A program made the translations under genes and the position numbers. Of a DNA stretch of 64,000 nt, positions 1-13,200 are shown in pieces. Numbering within the stretch: the first letter of the stretch is position 1; each line of letters begins with the position of its first letter. Source of the DNA: Phoronis australis (taxonomy: Eukaryota; Animalia; Phoronida); NCBI GenBank assembly GCA_002633005.1, contig NMRA01000016.1:1-64000 (forward strand). Direction: 5' to 3'. Below the pieces are notes generated by a model. The model searched no databases. It had not been told where the DNA came from and was given only the letters and a program-made list of their open reading frames with translations.

Positions 1-1602
1 TGATGCCATCTTCTTGCTCTGTGGTCCAATAACTTTCAGTATCTAATTTGGCAGCCTGGGTATTTCCCAAAATCTATAAATATTATTTATTCATAGCGCC
101 ACCTGTTGTCCGATAAGGACACAACTTCTGTCCAAAAACATTCCTCTTTGCGATTCCCAGACTACTAGCCGCAAGGGTTGCTCTGGAGACTTTCTGGCTT
201 CCCCGCTCAACTGAGTTTTGATCGAGAGTTGCAGTTATCAAATAAAGCCTAAAATTTCTCTATTTCATTTTCAGTTTGTTTTTATTGTTCATCTGGGTAG
301 TGGGAATATTATTTCATTATAGTTCTAGTGTGTTCATCAAAATCAAGACTCTTCTGATGTACAGTTCCATATAATCAGTGATTTCTCGGCAAAGTTAGTC
401 AGCCAACCCGACAGTTACGCTGGTCTTATAAGCACCTGTGGCCCTGGGTGGATGCCGGGAATAGCGTCTGATATCTTTTATGTGTAGGTGTGGTTGTGTT
501 TGTGCGTGTGCCGTGTGTCCGTGGGTGCGTGGATGGGTGTGTGTTCAGTTCTGTTTTCAGTTATTTGTGTAATGCTTATACAATGTATTGTGCAACGTTC
601 ACCTGTTGCTCAGCCGATGCTGTTAATTCGACTTCTGGGAAGTACATGTAGGCTGACTGTTAGCTCTAGCATTTACCTGTATACCCGTGAAATAGTATTT
701 CAACAAATGAAAAGTGTACCTAGTAAAAGAACCCAATCTTCGTGTTGCTAACGGTGTTTAATGTATTTGCCAATAGTCCAGTTCTTGGCAGACTGTCCCA
801 TTTTTTATTTTTCCGCCATACCGCTACACCAGCTAAATACATCTAATTTTCCCGCTACACGACCAAAATTGACATGTTATCATACATTATTGTAAGTTCA
901 CACGACACATACCGATATTGCCAGCTCAGTTGAAATGAAAAACGGAACGCCGGTTTCACGGGTTCTTGCATCACCCGTAATTTCCCATTCAACTCAGTGA
1001 AAAAATGCAGCAACTACGAAAAACAACAAAAAACTGCTACCGGGCATTTTTGGGTTGTACATCTGCCGTACTACAAGATAAAATGCTAACAGTACGTTTT
1101 TGTGTATTGCAGGGAACTTTTCACCTTAACGCTTTAGTTTGGCCCAATACATGTACATGTATGTTCCGCTTTTTATCATGAAATCCTGCTTCTTTAATCC
1201 AGTTGTTATGTTGTTTTTTTTTTTTCGTTCTCTATATTGACTGTGACAAATATGCAACAAGTATTCAAAATAACAATCTCTGTTTTATTGTTAATTTCCA
1301 CAATCCATTTTCTCGAGAAACGCGGATATCGTGACCATCTTAGCTACTCTAACTTACACTGTATGTATCAGGATCACTAACCGTCACTTTCTGAAGAGAA
1401 AAGTTTACATGTATGTCTAAACTGTTGTTGAAAGCCCTAAGCCAACGGGATGAGCTAGCCACAGTACATTTCAACGCTATACCCGCCTGATAGATGGTTG
1501 CGCTGCCCATTTTCTATCTATCATTTCGGATAGACACTTGGAGTAGGTTATCGCGTTTTTCGTAAATGCCATTGCATTCCGAATTTTTACTGAAGAATGT
1601 AA

Positions 1603-1674
1603 TACATGGGCGGCGCACCATAGGGGGCTGGGGGCCATAGCCCCCACTTTTTTCAGTGCTACGCCGCCCATGTA
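1603..1674. mobile_element. Very short MITE-like inverted-repeat element
   Basis: Perfect 13-bp terminal inverted repeats TACATGGGCGGCG (1603-1615) and CGCCGCCCATGTA (1662-1674), with TA at both ends. An internal GGGGGCT...AGCCCCC hairpin is also present. Confidence 0.5.
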
Positions 1675-2322
1675 ATAGTATCAAACGGCACCAAGGTTCC
1701 AAGCAATTCATGAGTAATTTTAGACGAATGCCCGACTCAATTATCCACAGCAAGTGTGAAGGCTTCATCTTTTAAAACTTTTGTCTTTACATGGTAGAAA
1801 TCATTTGAATCATTGAAATTATTTCCCGAATACACGTAGCGTTACTAGCCATCGATACCTCTCTGGTTCACTCCCAATTTTATAATTGCTATTAGTCGCT
1901 GTTATTTTTCGCATTTTGGTAATACTCATTTGCTTCTGATATAATGATCAAGAACAGACAAAGGACTTTATAATGATATAGCTCTTATGCAAAGCAGTTG
2001 AAAAACATCTGAGTTGTGACAAGATGTAATAACATTAAATTCCATTAACAAATACATGTACATGTACACATAACGGAACGAATGAATGCATCCAAACAAT
2101 GACTCCGTGAGATCGGAGTTGATATTCCAGGACTAGAGTTTCAACGGGGAATCAACATTTGGCCAGACTTCAAAACCACTTGCTGGACTTCAAAACCACG
2201 AGCTTGCTGGTCTGCAAAACCCAATGACAGGTTTTCGAACATGGTGGTCGGTCCTCCAAACGGGTTGGCTGGAATTTCAAAACCAACTGGTCGTAACTGG
2301 CTGGACCATCGGGTTCGCCACC

Positions 2323-2346
2323 GTGGTGGTGGTGGTGGTGGTGGTG
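2323..2346. repeat. (GGT)n microsatellite
   Basis: About 8 copies of GTG/GGT at the edge of the RT remnant. Confidence 0.9.
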
Positions 2347-3090
2347 TTTCACATAGAGACAGTTTTCACCTCTGAGACCGTATCCAGACTCTCTAAATTC
2401 AAGCTTTCCTGACAAAGGACAGGGTCCAATAATATGAACATTTTTGAATACTTCAATAGATAAACATTTCATCCGCCCACTAGTTAGAGAGCAGCTCATA
2501 GCCTTAACTAAGAATTGTGAGTAGCTGGACTCGCTGTCATTGAACACAAATTTTAAAGCACGCTGTTGTATCTTTTCCATTTTCCTACTTTTCTGTATTC
2601 CACATAGGTGCCAAACGAGGGAGCAGTGATCAAAATAGGATCTTATAAATTCATAATATAACTTAAGCTTAATTACTGTTAATGCCTAAAACATTTCGAA
2701 GACGGAACAAGGCATTCATCTGTCTAGAAGCTTTTTTTGCAAATAACATCAACGTGCTCGTGGAATCTTAACTGGCTGTCAAGTTGGACACCCAGCAGCT
2801 TATCGGACTCTTCACACTTAATCATAGTATCAAAAGACCAGACATGAGATACCTATCATTATTATGTACACGATCTAGAAAAGATGATTGACTTGAATTT
2901 ACCAAGGTTTACAGCCATTCCATTAGAGGAGAACCAATCCAATGTCATCTGCCCAGCTACCTTGTGGCTGAGGCGAACTGCAGATAAAGACTGAGGAGCT
3001 TGCTTGCAATAGGGTATTGTCATCAGCATAATTATATAACTTACAGTGACCACTTATAGCGTAAAATATATCATTGATAAAAACAAAAAA
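2347..3090 (-). pseudogene. Degenerate non-LTR retrotransposon reverse transcriptase fragment (CR1/L2 group)
   Basis: Minus-strand pieces in several frames: PFFVFINDI...KLYNYADDNTL (RT YADD motif), WFSSNGMAVNLGK, KLLGVQLDSQLRFHEHV and MEKIQQRALKFVF. They are interrupted by frameshifts. Confidence 0.85.
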
Positions 3091-4259
3091 CGGATACGAT
3101 AAACGAAACATAAATACTAGATATCAATGAATCCTTCGAGACATTCAAAGCGACTCACTGAAGAAGTGCGGACGTCGTGTTTGATGATAACCGGTGAACT
3201 GGTTGTAGCACCGGCCCGTTGTGCCGGTTTGGAAGTCCTGGCAACTCACAGCTGGGCAGTTTTGGTCAACCAACCCACTCGTGGTAGGCCTACTTCACGC
3301 TTTCTACATTGTGAAAGTGTATGTTAAAATGTATAGTTTCGTTTATATTTGGTATACATCACGGACTTAGGTAGCTTGTAACACAGGACCTTCGAGTTTA
3401 TCTCTTTCTGGATTATCACCGATAAAAACAGTTATGAGTCATTGGCAACTGTGGGCCTGTGACTAGTGTCCCGTACTGCCGGCAGGCGACACTAGGTCAC
3501 GTGCTTGTGCTCTGCGTGAACTTGAAATTTGTCTGCATCTCTAGATCACAGAGACGTAGACCTAGATTTTCGTATTCATAAAAGAAATAAGATGAAACTT
3601 TTGTTCATTGCAAAAACATTTCTCAAATTATTGTCCCCACCATCCTACCTTGCTTCCTTTATCCTAATTTCGGGTAGCACCTAAAAACGGAATATGCGAA
3701 TTGTTGATCAGAGAATAATAACCCAATACTGAGCTGAAAAATGTAAGCGTAAAGTTTGGGCAACACCTTGTTTTACTAGCATCTGATTTGTTAAATTCCA
3801 CTGTACTTTTTTGCTGATAACGTGATTATTTTTAGTGCACCTGCTAACTGAGTTTTTCAGGGAATCCATGTTCATGCAATCGTGATCTTGAGACACATCA
3901 AAATTCCATGCTAGGGCACAACATGTGGACCCGAAGCAGCTGATATCTTTTGCATAACCTCTCGGTATCACCTCGTGACTGTTTCGCAATATTTACATTA
4001 AAAAGTAAAATGACACCACCTGAGCCGTTCAGTTTGCTTTGCTGACTAGGTAAGAAGTTCAGAAATACAACGTCTTTCCAAAGTACGAACAGACGTCAGA
4101 TTCAGCTGTATCGACTTCGAACGCCACTCTCACTCAGCCACTACTGCTGCTACCGATGCGAATTGGACATGAGGGCACAGGCAGACAGTGAAATTAGACT
4201 GAAGCATGCACAGACAAATCCTCACTGATCTCTTAGCCTAGCCTCCACTTCAGGTGCGC

Positions 4260-7200
4260 ATGGAGCCATTTGTTAGGAACGGTGCATTGGCGTTCATTCT
4301 GTTAATGTCGTCACAATTTTACACTACCAACTGTCATAATGCGGCTAATGGGCGCACGCTTCCCGATCACCTTGCTGCAACCATTGGTGCAGTCGGAGCC
4401 GGTGATTTCCGCCGTGTATTGGATGATCTTTCAAGATTGCGAGCGAATTTCACGAATGAACATTCACTGTATGATATTGTGCCAGAAGATGGATTGCTGA
4501 AACTCAATCTTCACACAAAAAGTGGTGTGGCTGAATTCGTGCAAGCAGTTTTGACAAGAGTCCGAACTTATTCACAGACCACACAGGCCAAGGGTCAGGC
4601 ACCAGGTTTAGTGTCTCCAAGGTGTTGGAATGCAACACAATCCATTGTCCGTGGGCTCTTGTCAAATCAGATTTGGGCCTTGAAGTGTAAGTATGTATTG
4701 CAGTACCTGGCTGATTTTTTGTTGCAATGAGGAAGTCTCGGAGCACTAATTATACCTACCAAGGTTCAGTTGTGGTTTGTGTGCCTACACATGTACCTCG
4801 AACAGATTATTCAGTTTGTGGCGTTTCACCTTACATGATGATAATTATGTCAAATATGATGTATTACGATCTTGCAGTCTTCATGTATGTCTGTCGACAA
4901 TGTTTTAAAAGTACTTGCCTTCATTTGGGAAATCTTACGCTAACACTATTTTTATGAAAGTGGATTAGAAACCATGCACTGTTTACCCTAGAGCATCCAG
5001 CGAATTCCTTGCAAAATCAAAGGCTCGATGGCGCCGTCACAGATGGGGGGTTGGCTAAATGTATAGTGCATGATATAATTGTGGTTGTAAACCAACACGC
5101 CTCTTTAGCGTACGTGTGTCACAGTAAAAAACAAGAATAAGTGAGGTAAACGAACAACGTGACAGTTTTTAAAATTTGAAAAGTAAATGGTATCTAACTG
5201 TGAATTTTTAAGTCGATGCGTTATAAGAGAAATTAGAGAATAAGTTTTCTTCAGCATTGTGGCTAAGCCACAAACGTTAGTTTGCAAGTTGATCAGGATA
5301 GGTTTGCCACATTCTGGTTTATAAGCTATCTTTAGGCGTTGGGGTAACAAAACCCCATAAGTGTAGGAGTTGCCTAATGTTGCGATCAAAAGACAATATA
5401 TTTTAAGGTGTCCCAGCTGGATTTTATACTAAGCCTCAGGTTTTCCATTTCAAAAATAGCATTGCTCTGATATGCATGTTTTTGGGACACTTCTCATTTT
5501 CAGTTATTGATGCATTTGGCAAGCCAGCCAGCTCTATATTTCGTGATGGTCGTGTCACATGGCTCGGCTCCTACAGTGAGTGCAGAGAAACTATATCGAC
5601 TCCAGTATCCGGACTTATTGAGGAGACATTTCATGGCAAATATTGCCTGGCATATATACCAATCCACTCCAAAATAAAGGTAAGGTAATAAGCACTACTC
5701 TCAAGCTTAATTTGTACGGGTAGTGTAGTATAAGTGACTTTGTTATTACGTGGACACACGGATGACCATCTTACGATTGTAGATCGACGTAGTTTCAGTG
5801 TTCCCAATAAACCTAGTTTATTCTTATTATTCTACAGGTAGGGCCGTCAATGCCTGGATTTTGATACAGACTATCAGCTTCATTCCTCCAAGCACTAAAT
5901 ATCCCTTCCAATGATTAAGGATATTCCCCTCATGGGGCACTAATTGTTGAAGAATGTTGGAGATGGGAGATTTCCCTGAACAAAAAATCTCACTCTTATG
6001 AAATACAGGCACCTTTCTCTACAGGTGAGCCTTATGGTGTGGTCCAAATCATGTGAATTCGGCCTTCACCCAACTACCAATAAAAATAGTAAAATGCTAT
6101 TAAATTTTATTGATGGCGTCTGTATAAGATTTTTAGTTTTTAAACTTTTATTGTCTGCATGTGTTTATGTTTGTTCCTAAATGTTTCATTTGCAATCAAA
6201 AATTCTATGCTAGATTAAACTCAAATGGCGGGAAGCCACGTAATATTTTAGTGTTAGTAGTGCAAATGAAAGCAAACTTCATTCTGAAAATTTAAATTCC
6301 TATATGTCAACTCATTGATTTTGGACATTGCAATTCAAGATTTCAAACCTTGAAAACACACATACTCCTAGATAACATCAACTTCAAACACCCGCTGACA
6401 GTTTGGAGCCTCAAAAATCACATGTCTCATGATGCACTACTGAAGATAAGCCTGGTTTGCACCTATAGTGAGCAGTTAGTCTTTTTGAGACCAAAAGATC
6501 AGTTAAAATACACACCCAAGACATGAGTTTATTAAGCAGGGCAGAGTATGTATACACTGGTTCAAAGCAATACACTAAAACAGCAAATAGGAAACTCCTG
6601 GACATTCTTCTTAGTTATTGTACATGTTCGTGTTTGAAAGGACTTGTTTTTTCAAGTGGGTGAAGTTTTTGAGTTACACTATCTAGTGTTACCCCTGCGT
6701 TTGAAAGGAATGTGGTGGTGAATGGTCCCAGTGGGATGCTTAGTATGTTGCCACACTCTAGTATGGGAAGTGGGATCCCCCCATTGCCTGGGCATCGAAA
6801 GAAGCATAATTATGGTAAATGATGACAGCGGATGTGGATCCCATCTGACCCTGCACTGAAGTGTCTTTGTGTGAACTTGATGAGTATTGTATCAGTGTAA
6901 CATATTTTAATTGCGGACACTCCAGCGAAGGGCTGCAGACAACATGTTAAAATTGAATTTGGTTGTAGGCACGCACTCACAACAAAAATATTTGAACCTC
7001 TCTCGACTTAATTAACTTCCGTTATTATCGTATTCGCCATTTTAGAAAACTAATATCAAGGTTCATTTAAGATCAAGGTCATTGCCTGATCCATGACTGT
7101 TGAATTGCTGTTCATTGTCAGATAACCATCCATTACCAAATGTCAGTCAGGTCACTTAATGAACGCAAGGAAGGAAAGGAATAAAATGATTCATTATGTT

Positions 7201-10200
7201 TAACAAGGGGAAAAGTTAAAAAGATTTGATTTAAATTATTGTTTTTCCCGATCCATTCCCTAACATTGACGGTAGCCATATAACTTGTGTACTGTATATT
7301 CAATTTTACTTGCAATTTTTATAGTAGTGAAGTTTCCTTACGTTGGGGTTAGGTGTATGGCAGTCAATTTGGGTAAGCTTTATACCAGTAGTGGGTACAT
7401 AGAGGAGAAACACTGCACTTATGCTTTGTCAAGTTTATGGTCTTGAGGCACAATTCTTTAAGTAGACATTGTTTATACATGTACTTACGATAAAAGCATG
7501 GAAGTTTTGAGGCATCCAGTTGAGGTAACAAAATACAGAAAAAAATTAAGTCAAATACTGGGAGTTTCTTAGTGCTAGAGTTAGCGATGCTGCGTACGTC
7601 TTTCACAAACTTAACCATGGCTACTGATGTTACTATTTTAAAACAAGCAAGCACAAAAGTAGTGCAGGAAAAGTAAAACGATTTCAAATTCAAGTATGAT
7701 TTTTTCGAACTTGAAGTTTATTTATCACTTCCTGCTAATTGCACTGGCTTCACATAACAGTGTTTTTGGTGACGGGAATTCAAGTTTGGAATTATTTTTT
7801 TCAAGCTGTCATCGAAGTGGTTATCATAAATGCAATATTTTTGACATTATACTCGATTGTCACCAGTTGAAGACTACGTGTCAGCATTCACTACTTCAAT
7901 ACCTTTATTTACCTGTATGCTGTGTACTTTGAATTTTACTCCTTGTGTCTGATTGCTAAGTTCATATAAACTGAATGACATCACAGTTATCTGGTTGAAC
8001 TCCTAGTGTCAAGATAATTAGTCTATGCAGATGTCAGTAGTTTGGGCTGCGTTCTGTACAAGCAAAACACTGGCAAGACACAACAAAATGTCCCCACTTG
8101 TGGAACAGAAGTAGTAATTTCACTGCTGTAATTGCAGCCTCATCATCCAATCACTTCAGGGGTGACCATTATGCAAGTCTCTGGCTATATACAGGTTTTT
8201 ACCTCATTTTGCCAGACATTTTTAATGATATTCACCCTTAGCTGGCCCGGAAATCCACAGAATTCATAGCATTTATGCATATTCGTGAAATTTGCATACC
8301 AATTTTAGCAATTTTCTGGTTGAAATTGTGCAGTATATTACTAATCACCAAAAATCCTTGTTCAGTTTCAATGTTATTAAATAGCAGTGCCCTAATTTTG
8401 AACCCAGTCTTGTAAATTATACACTTGACTCATGAGAAATGCTTTAAAGTTATTTGTTTGTCAACAGATCATCTCATCCATATGGGAAGGTATTTGTATT
8501 CCTGATGTCTGCTCTGACTATGATGCCTATTTCCTTTTAAGACAGGGTAAGTAAGTAAACACGTATGCCTTAAGATAATCAGGCTAGTGTTCAGCCATGT
8601 TAATGTATATGTAGTTTGCCACAAATAGACAGTAATCATCATCTATTCATCTACATTACCTGGTGCATACACCACCCTTTAGCCTGTTTACATGGACATG
8701 TACAGTGCATAATGCACTGTGGGTATTCTTCTAAGAGTAATGACTGACGATAGCTTGAGAAATTAAGTCAACCCAAAACATTTATCCACACATCTATGCA
8801 AAATGTTAGGGCGGCTATATTAGTAGTCAGATGTATCCAGCTATAGTCAAATGACCTCATTTCCTCTTTCCAGGAGCAGAGACTCTCGCTACATTCCTCC
8901 CTCAGGTTGGGATCAACGCATCTGCTGTTTACCCCTGGTGTCAACCAAAGGAAAAAAGATTGGATGATAAGGCGACTGTCGCAGTGTAAGTATTGTTTTA
9001 CCAGCAAGCGACCACCAACAAAGAGTGCAGTGGGAGCTGTTTAAGAAAAAATTCAAATTGCCTCCATGTGGACACCCTGAATTGTTATGCATGTCTTCTC
9101 CTCGTGGAAAATGTTGGCACATTATCATTACTTTGTACATTTTTGACTCTTGCTGGTGTTTTCCTTGCAGGACTTGTTCAAGTTGTCTGTTTGTTTAGCC
9201 AAGTATCTGAAAAAAATTTAGCTGTCAGTTAGAACATTCGTTTTTTGAAAATGTTTCTCTTTCTACCAGTCTGCCATTAATTGGGTCGCGTAAAATTTAT
9301 ATTTACAACGTGACCAGTTGTAGCTCCTGTTATGAACACAAGTCGCATTTTCTTACAATTTTGATCAGGTGTAAATATCCTCAAATTTTCAATAAATCCG
9401 GTCACTGTGNNNNNNNNNNNNNNNNNNNNNNNNNNNNNNNNNNNNNNNNNNNNNNNNNNNNNNNNNNNNNNNNNNNNNNNNNNNNNNNNNNNNNNNNNNN
9501 NNNNNNNNNNNNNNNNNNNNNNNNNNNNNNNNNNNNNNNNNNNNNNNNNNNNNNNNNNNNNNNNNNNNNNNNNNNNNNNNNNNNNNNNNNNNNNNNNNNN
9601 NNNNNNNNNNNNNNNNNNNNNNNNNNNNNNNNNNNNNNNNNNNNNNNNNNNNNNNNNNNNNNNNNNNNNNNNNNNNNNNNNNNNNNNNNNNNNNNNNNNN
9701 NNNNNNNNNNNNNNNNNNNNNNNNNNNNNNNNNNNNNNNNNNNNNNNNNNNNNNNNNNNNNNNNNNNNNNNNNNNNNNNNNNNNNNNNNNNNNNNNNNNN
9801 NNNNNNNNNNNNNNNNNNNNNNNNNNNNNNNNNNNNNNNNNNNNNNNNNNNNNNNNNNNNNNNNNNNNNNNNNNNNNNNNNNNNNNNNNNNNNNNNNNNN
9901 NNNNNNNNNNNNNNNNNNNNNNNNNNNNNNNNNNNNNNNNNNNNNNNNNNNNNNNNNNNNNNNNNNNNNNNNNNNNNNNNNNNNNNNNNNNNNNNNNNNN
10001 NNNNNNNNNNNNNNNNNNNNNNNNNNNNNNNNNNNNNNNNNNNNNNNNNNNNNNNNNNNNNNNNNNNNNNNNNNNNNNNNNNNNNNNNNNNNNNNNNNNN
10101 NNNNNNNNNNNNNNNNNNNNNTAATATTTGACAGATTTCTTCTTTTGTTATACTTGTAGTTCATTTGCTTGCCTGTAGGTGTCCTTGGTAAATTGCTGCT

Positions 10201-13200
10201 CTCCTTTTCTGTGTATACCAATGGAAGCAAGTTGCTTGGTACCCATCAGACAGAGGGCGCTCTGCAATGTGTCAATGGAATACGATTCATAAGCATGACC
10301 TGGGTAATCTTGGGACATACTTTGGCAATTTCTCCGTTCACATTTGTAAATATTATAGGTAAGTAGTGAGTCCTTAAGTTGAGTTGTGGTTGTTTTGAAC
10401 TCTGCTCTAAAATTTGAAAATGTTGAAAATAGTAATGGAGTTGTTAGGTAGTGTTGGAAAGAACTTACAGTGTCTTACTGTTTTTCACTGCGGGTTATTA
10501 TGTTTGTTGAGCTGCCATCTCTTTCCAGGCCTAGCAGCCATGCGTCATCTTAGTATGAGGACATTAGTTGATTTTGCAGATGTATTAGGTGGCAAAGATC
10601 AAAAGTTTGTTTCCGTGACACAACACGGGTTTTCTTCGCCATTACACTGCAGTGTTATTAGATGATAAATACACATAATCAGTGCATTCTTGATTGACAT
10701 TATTCATCAAAAGTAGTGAGACATTTCATAGTGACCGGTTTCCAGTGTGGTGTCTTTTGCGTACCTTTAAACTTCAGTTGAGAAGTTTGAAGAAACACAG
10801 TCAAAGTAATGTTATGAAAGTCGGTTTCGACATTTCCCTATAATGGAAGGGCTTTGTTTATGTTGTTTTGACAAAATTCTGTATCATGTACATAATTGTA
10901 TTGCTCATTACAAAACAAGAACCCTGGTGGCATGTATAGATGATTTTTCATGACATCGTCAGCTGGCCACCTTGACCAATGTTGACCTATCTCAATTGAA
11001 TCGCTTTATTCCTACTAAAAGTTTAAACGAATGCATTCTTGATCAGGAAATTTTTTAGTCCAGTGTCACACGCTTACTTAATGTGATAATTGATTTCATG
11101 TTTCAAGGTGCAACAAACTACACTTCTGTGATATTTGTAACATGGTAGCAGACATCCCCTTGCCATTCCCAAATATCCGGACTCCAATCTTTGCTGCCTT
11201 TTGACTCATTACAGCGTTATCCTGTTGCTCCCAACTTGTTCGATTCTAGCCCAACAACAAGTTGGGAAGTTTACCCCTGTAGCCAATCTTACACGACTGA
11301 TTAACTCCACTCTGGCATTTAGGGTTGGAGGGCTGGCTCTCTTTTGTCCGATAATTGCTCTAATCTCTAGTTAGTAAGATCATATTTATCCTGACTGGGT
11401 TGTGCTGCTAAAATAAAAGTTAAGTTATAACATATTTGAACATAAATCAATGCTATATCTGAAATCCTTGTCAAATGGTGATTATGTTTAGTTTTCGAAT
11501 TGCCAAAATTGCCCAACTACAACTGTAGTTATGACAATCTATTCTTTCCGAATGTACCATGAATTCCCTCTGGGTTTGACTGTGTTCACAGGTGGTCTGT
11601 TATATGCCTGGTAGGTAATTGGCCTGCCTGTTGTCATAACAGACAAAAGGCTTTTCTTGGCAGTTAACAAAGAAGCTAGATGTTATCACATGCTCACAAC
11701 CATCTATGCCTGGTAAAGTCACTGAACGGAAAAACGCCACCATGAAGGTAGTTTTTCATAGCTTTCTGTGAAATGTTTGTGAGGAAGGACTTAGCGATGC
11801 TTAAGTTTGCTGAATTGGAAATGGACATTTTTCGAACAAGTCTACTGATATTCAGAAAGCTCTTTAAAAAATGGATAAGTTTGCATCGCCATTTTCAAAT
11901 TGTTCTATATGTATTGTTGTCCTCTTCTTGCACTATCTTTATCTTATGCTCAGGAAATATGGGTGATCTTGGTGTTTACATAAAATGGTGGACATTCCAG
12001 GCCATCACCAATGCCACTGTCAGTGTGGATACATTTTTTCTTCTCAGGTGAGTGAAAAGGAAAAGATGAATAAAATGTTGTTTTGTTGATGTCTGAGTGT
12101 TTCCTAAATAAAGCCAGTACCAAAAATTGTCATCTTGATCTGAGAGGTGCACAACTTGGTCGTAAAGTGCCTTCGGGTGTCATCTTTAAAATCAATGGCC
12201 TCCGGGTGGAACCCTGTGTTTTGGTATTTTTTAAAATATGTCGTACCAACACTCCTGCACATTATGTATCATTAGATCACATAAAGTTCAACTATTGCTT
12301 GAACTGGATGACTCACCATTTCAAAGTTTGCAGGTCCGTGTGTTGTGTGCAGCCGTTGAAATGTGATAGTAATGAAGCTTGAACACTAGGGCTTTCCAAA
12401 GTGGAATCTTTCACCTTCTGACTTCACTTTCGTTGATGATTGAAAGTCATCTTTTACGCATTATGTTGAACTTCGTTCAATTTTCCCACTGTTGTTGAAG
12501 CATAGACATGCTTCCATTGTTTGGTATTCTCTGGATTTTCATCAAATTAGCCTCTGATTTCCTTTTTGCTGTTTGTTTTAAACTACTGACAATAGTCTCT
12601 GTTTATAATGATTATCCAACCTGACCTGTTTCCCTATTGGTTGTAGTGGGCTATTAGTGGGCTACTTGGTTCTGAGAGAAATGGAGAAGAAGAACGGTTG
12701 TAACAGCATGGTGCGACACTGGGTCATGTATTATGTTCACCGATACATCAGGTTTGTGGTGCAATAGGGGTCACTGCATGTCTTGTTTCTACGAGCTTTG
12801 TTGTGGGTACTGTTTAATGTCTTGTTTTTGAATTTTGGCCCAGGGGAATTATTTGTCAAACACTGTTGAGTTTAAATTTACCAGTTGCCAAGAGGTAAAT
12901 ACCTGTAAGCTTTGAAAAAAAGCACAGACATGCTAAATGCCTTGTGGATGGCTACATCTTTTAAAAGTGTTTGTAACCAGTTTTGCTTCAAGTTTCTAAA
13001 GTCAGAAGCAAAGATAGGGTTTTGAGATTTTTTACTGTGGAGCCTTGTGACTGTAAGCGCGTTGTGTACTCTCATTTAGCGTGCTGATTGAACACTCACC
13101 ACCTCCACACTACCTTGTGAAAGATGTACAGGTAAAGGGGCACAGCTGTGTCACCTGAGAGGTGTCGCCACTCACACATAATATTGCACTCTAATGTTTC

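Noticed and set aside
2170-2580. ORF with a His8 run resembling a His-tag
   Set aside because: It is the translation of a (CAC)n microsatellite adjoining a decayed RT fragment, with no vector context.
9277-10230. Long ORFs of 250-317 aa
   Set aside because: Artefacts of reading through the N gap.
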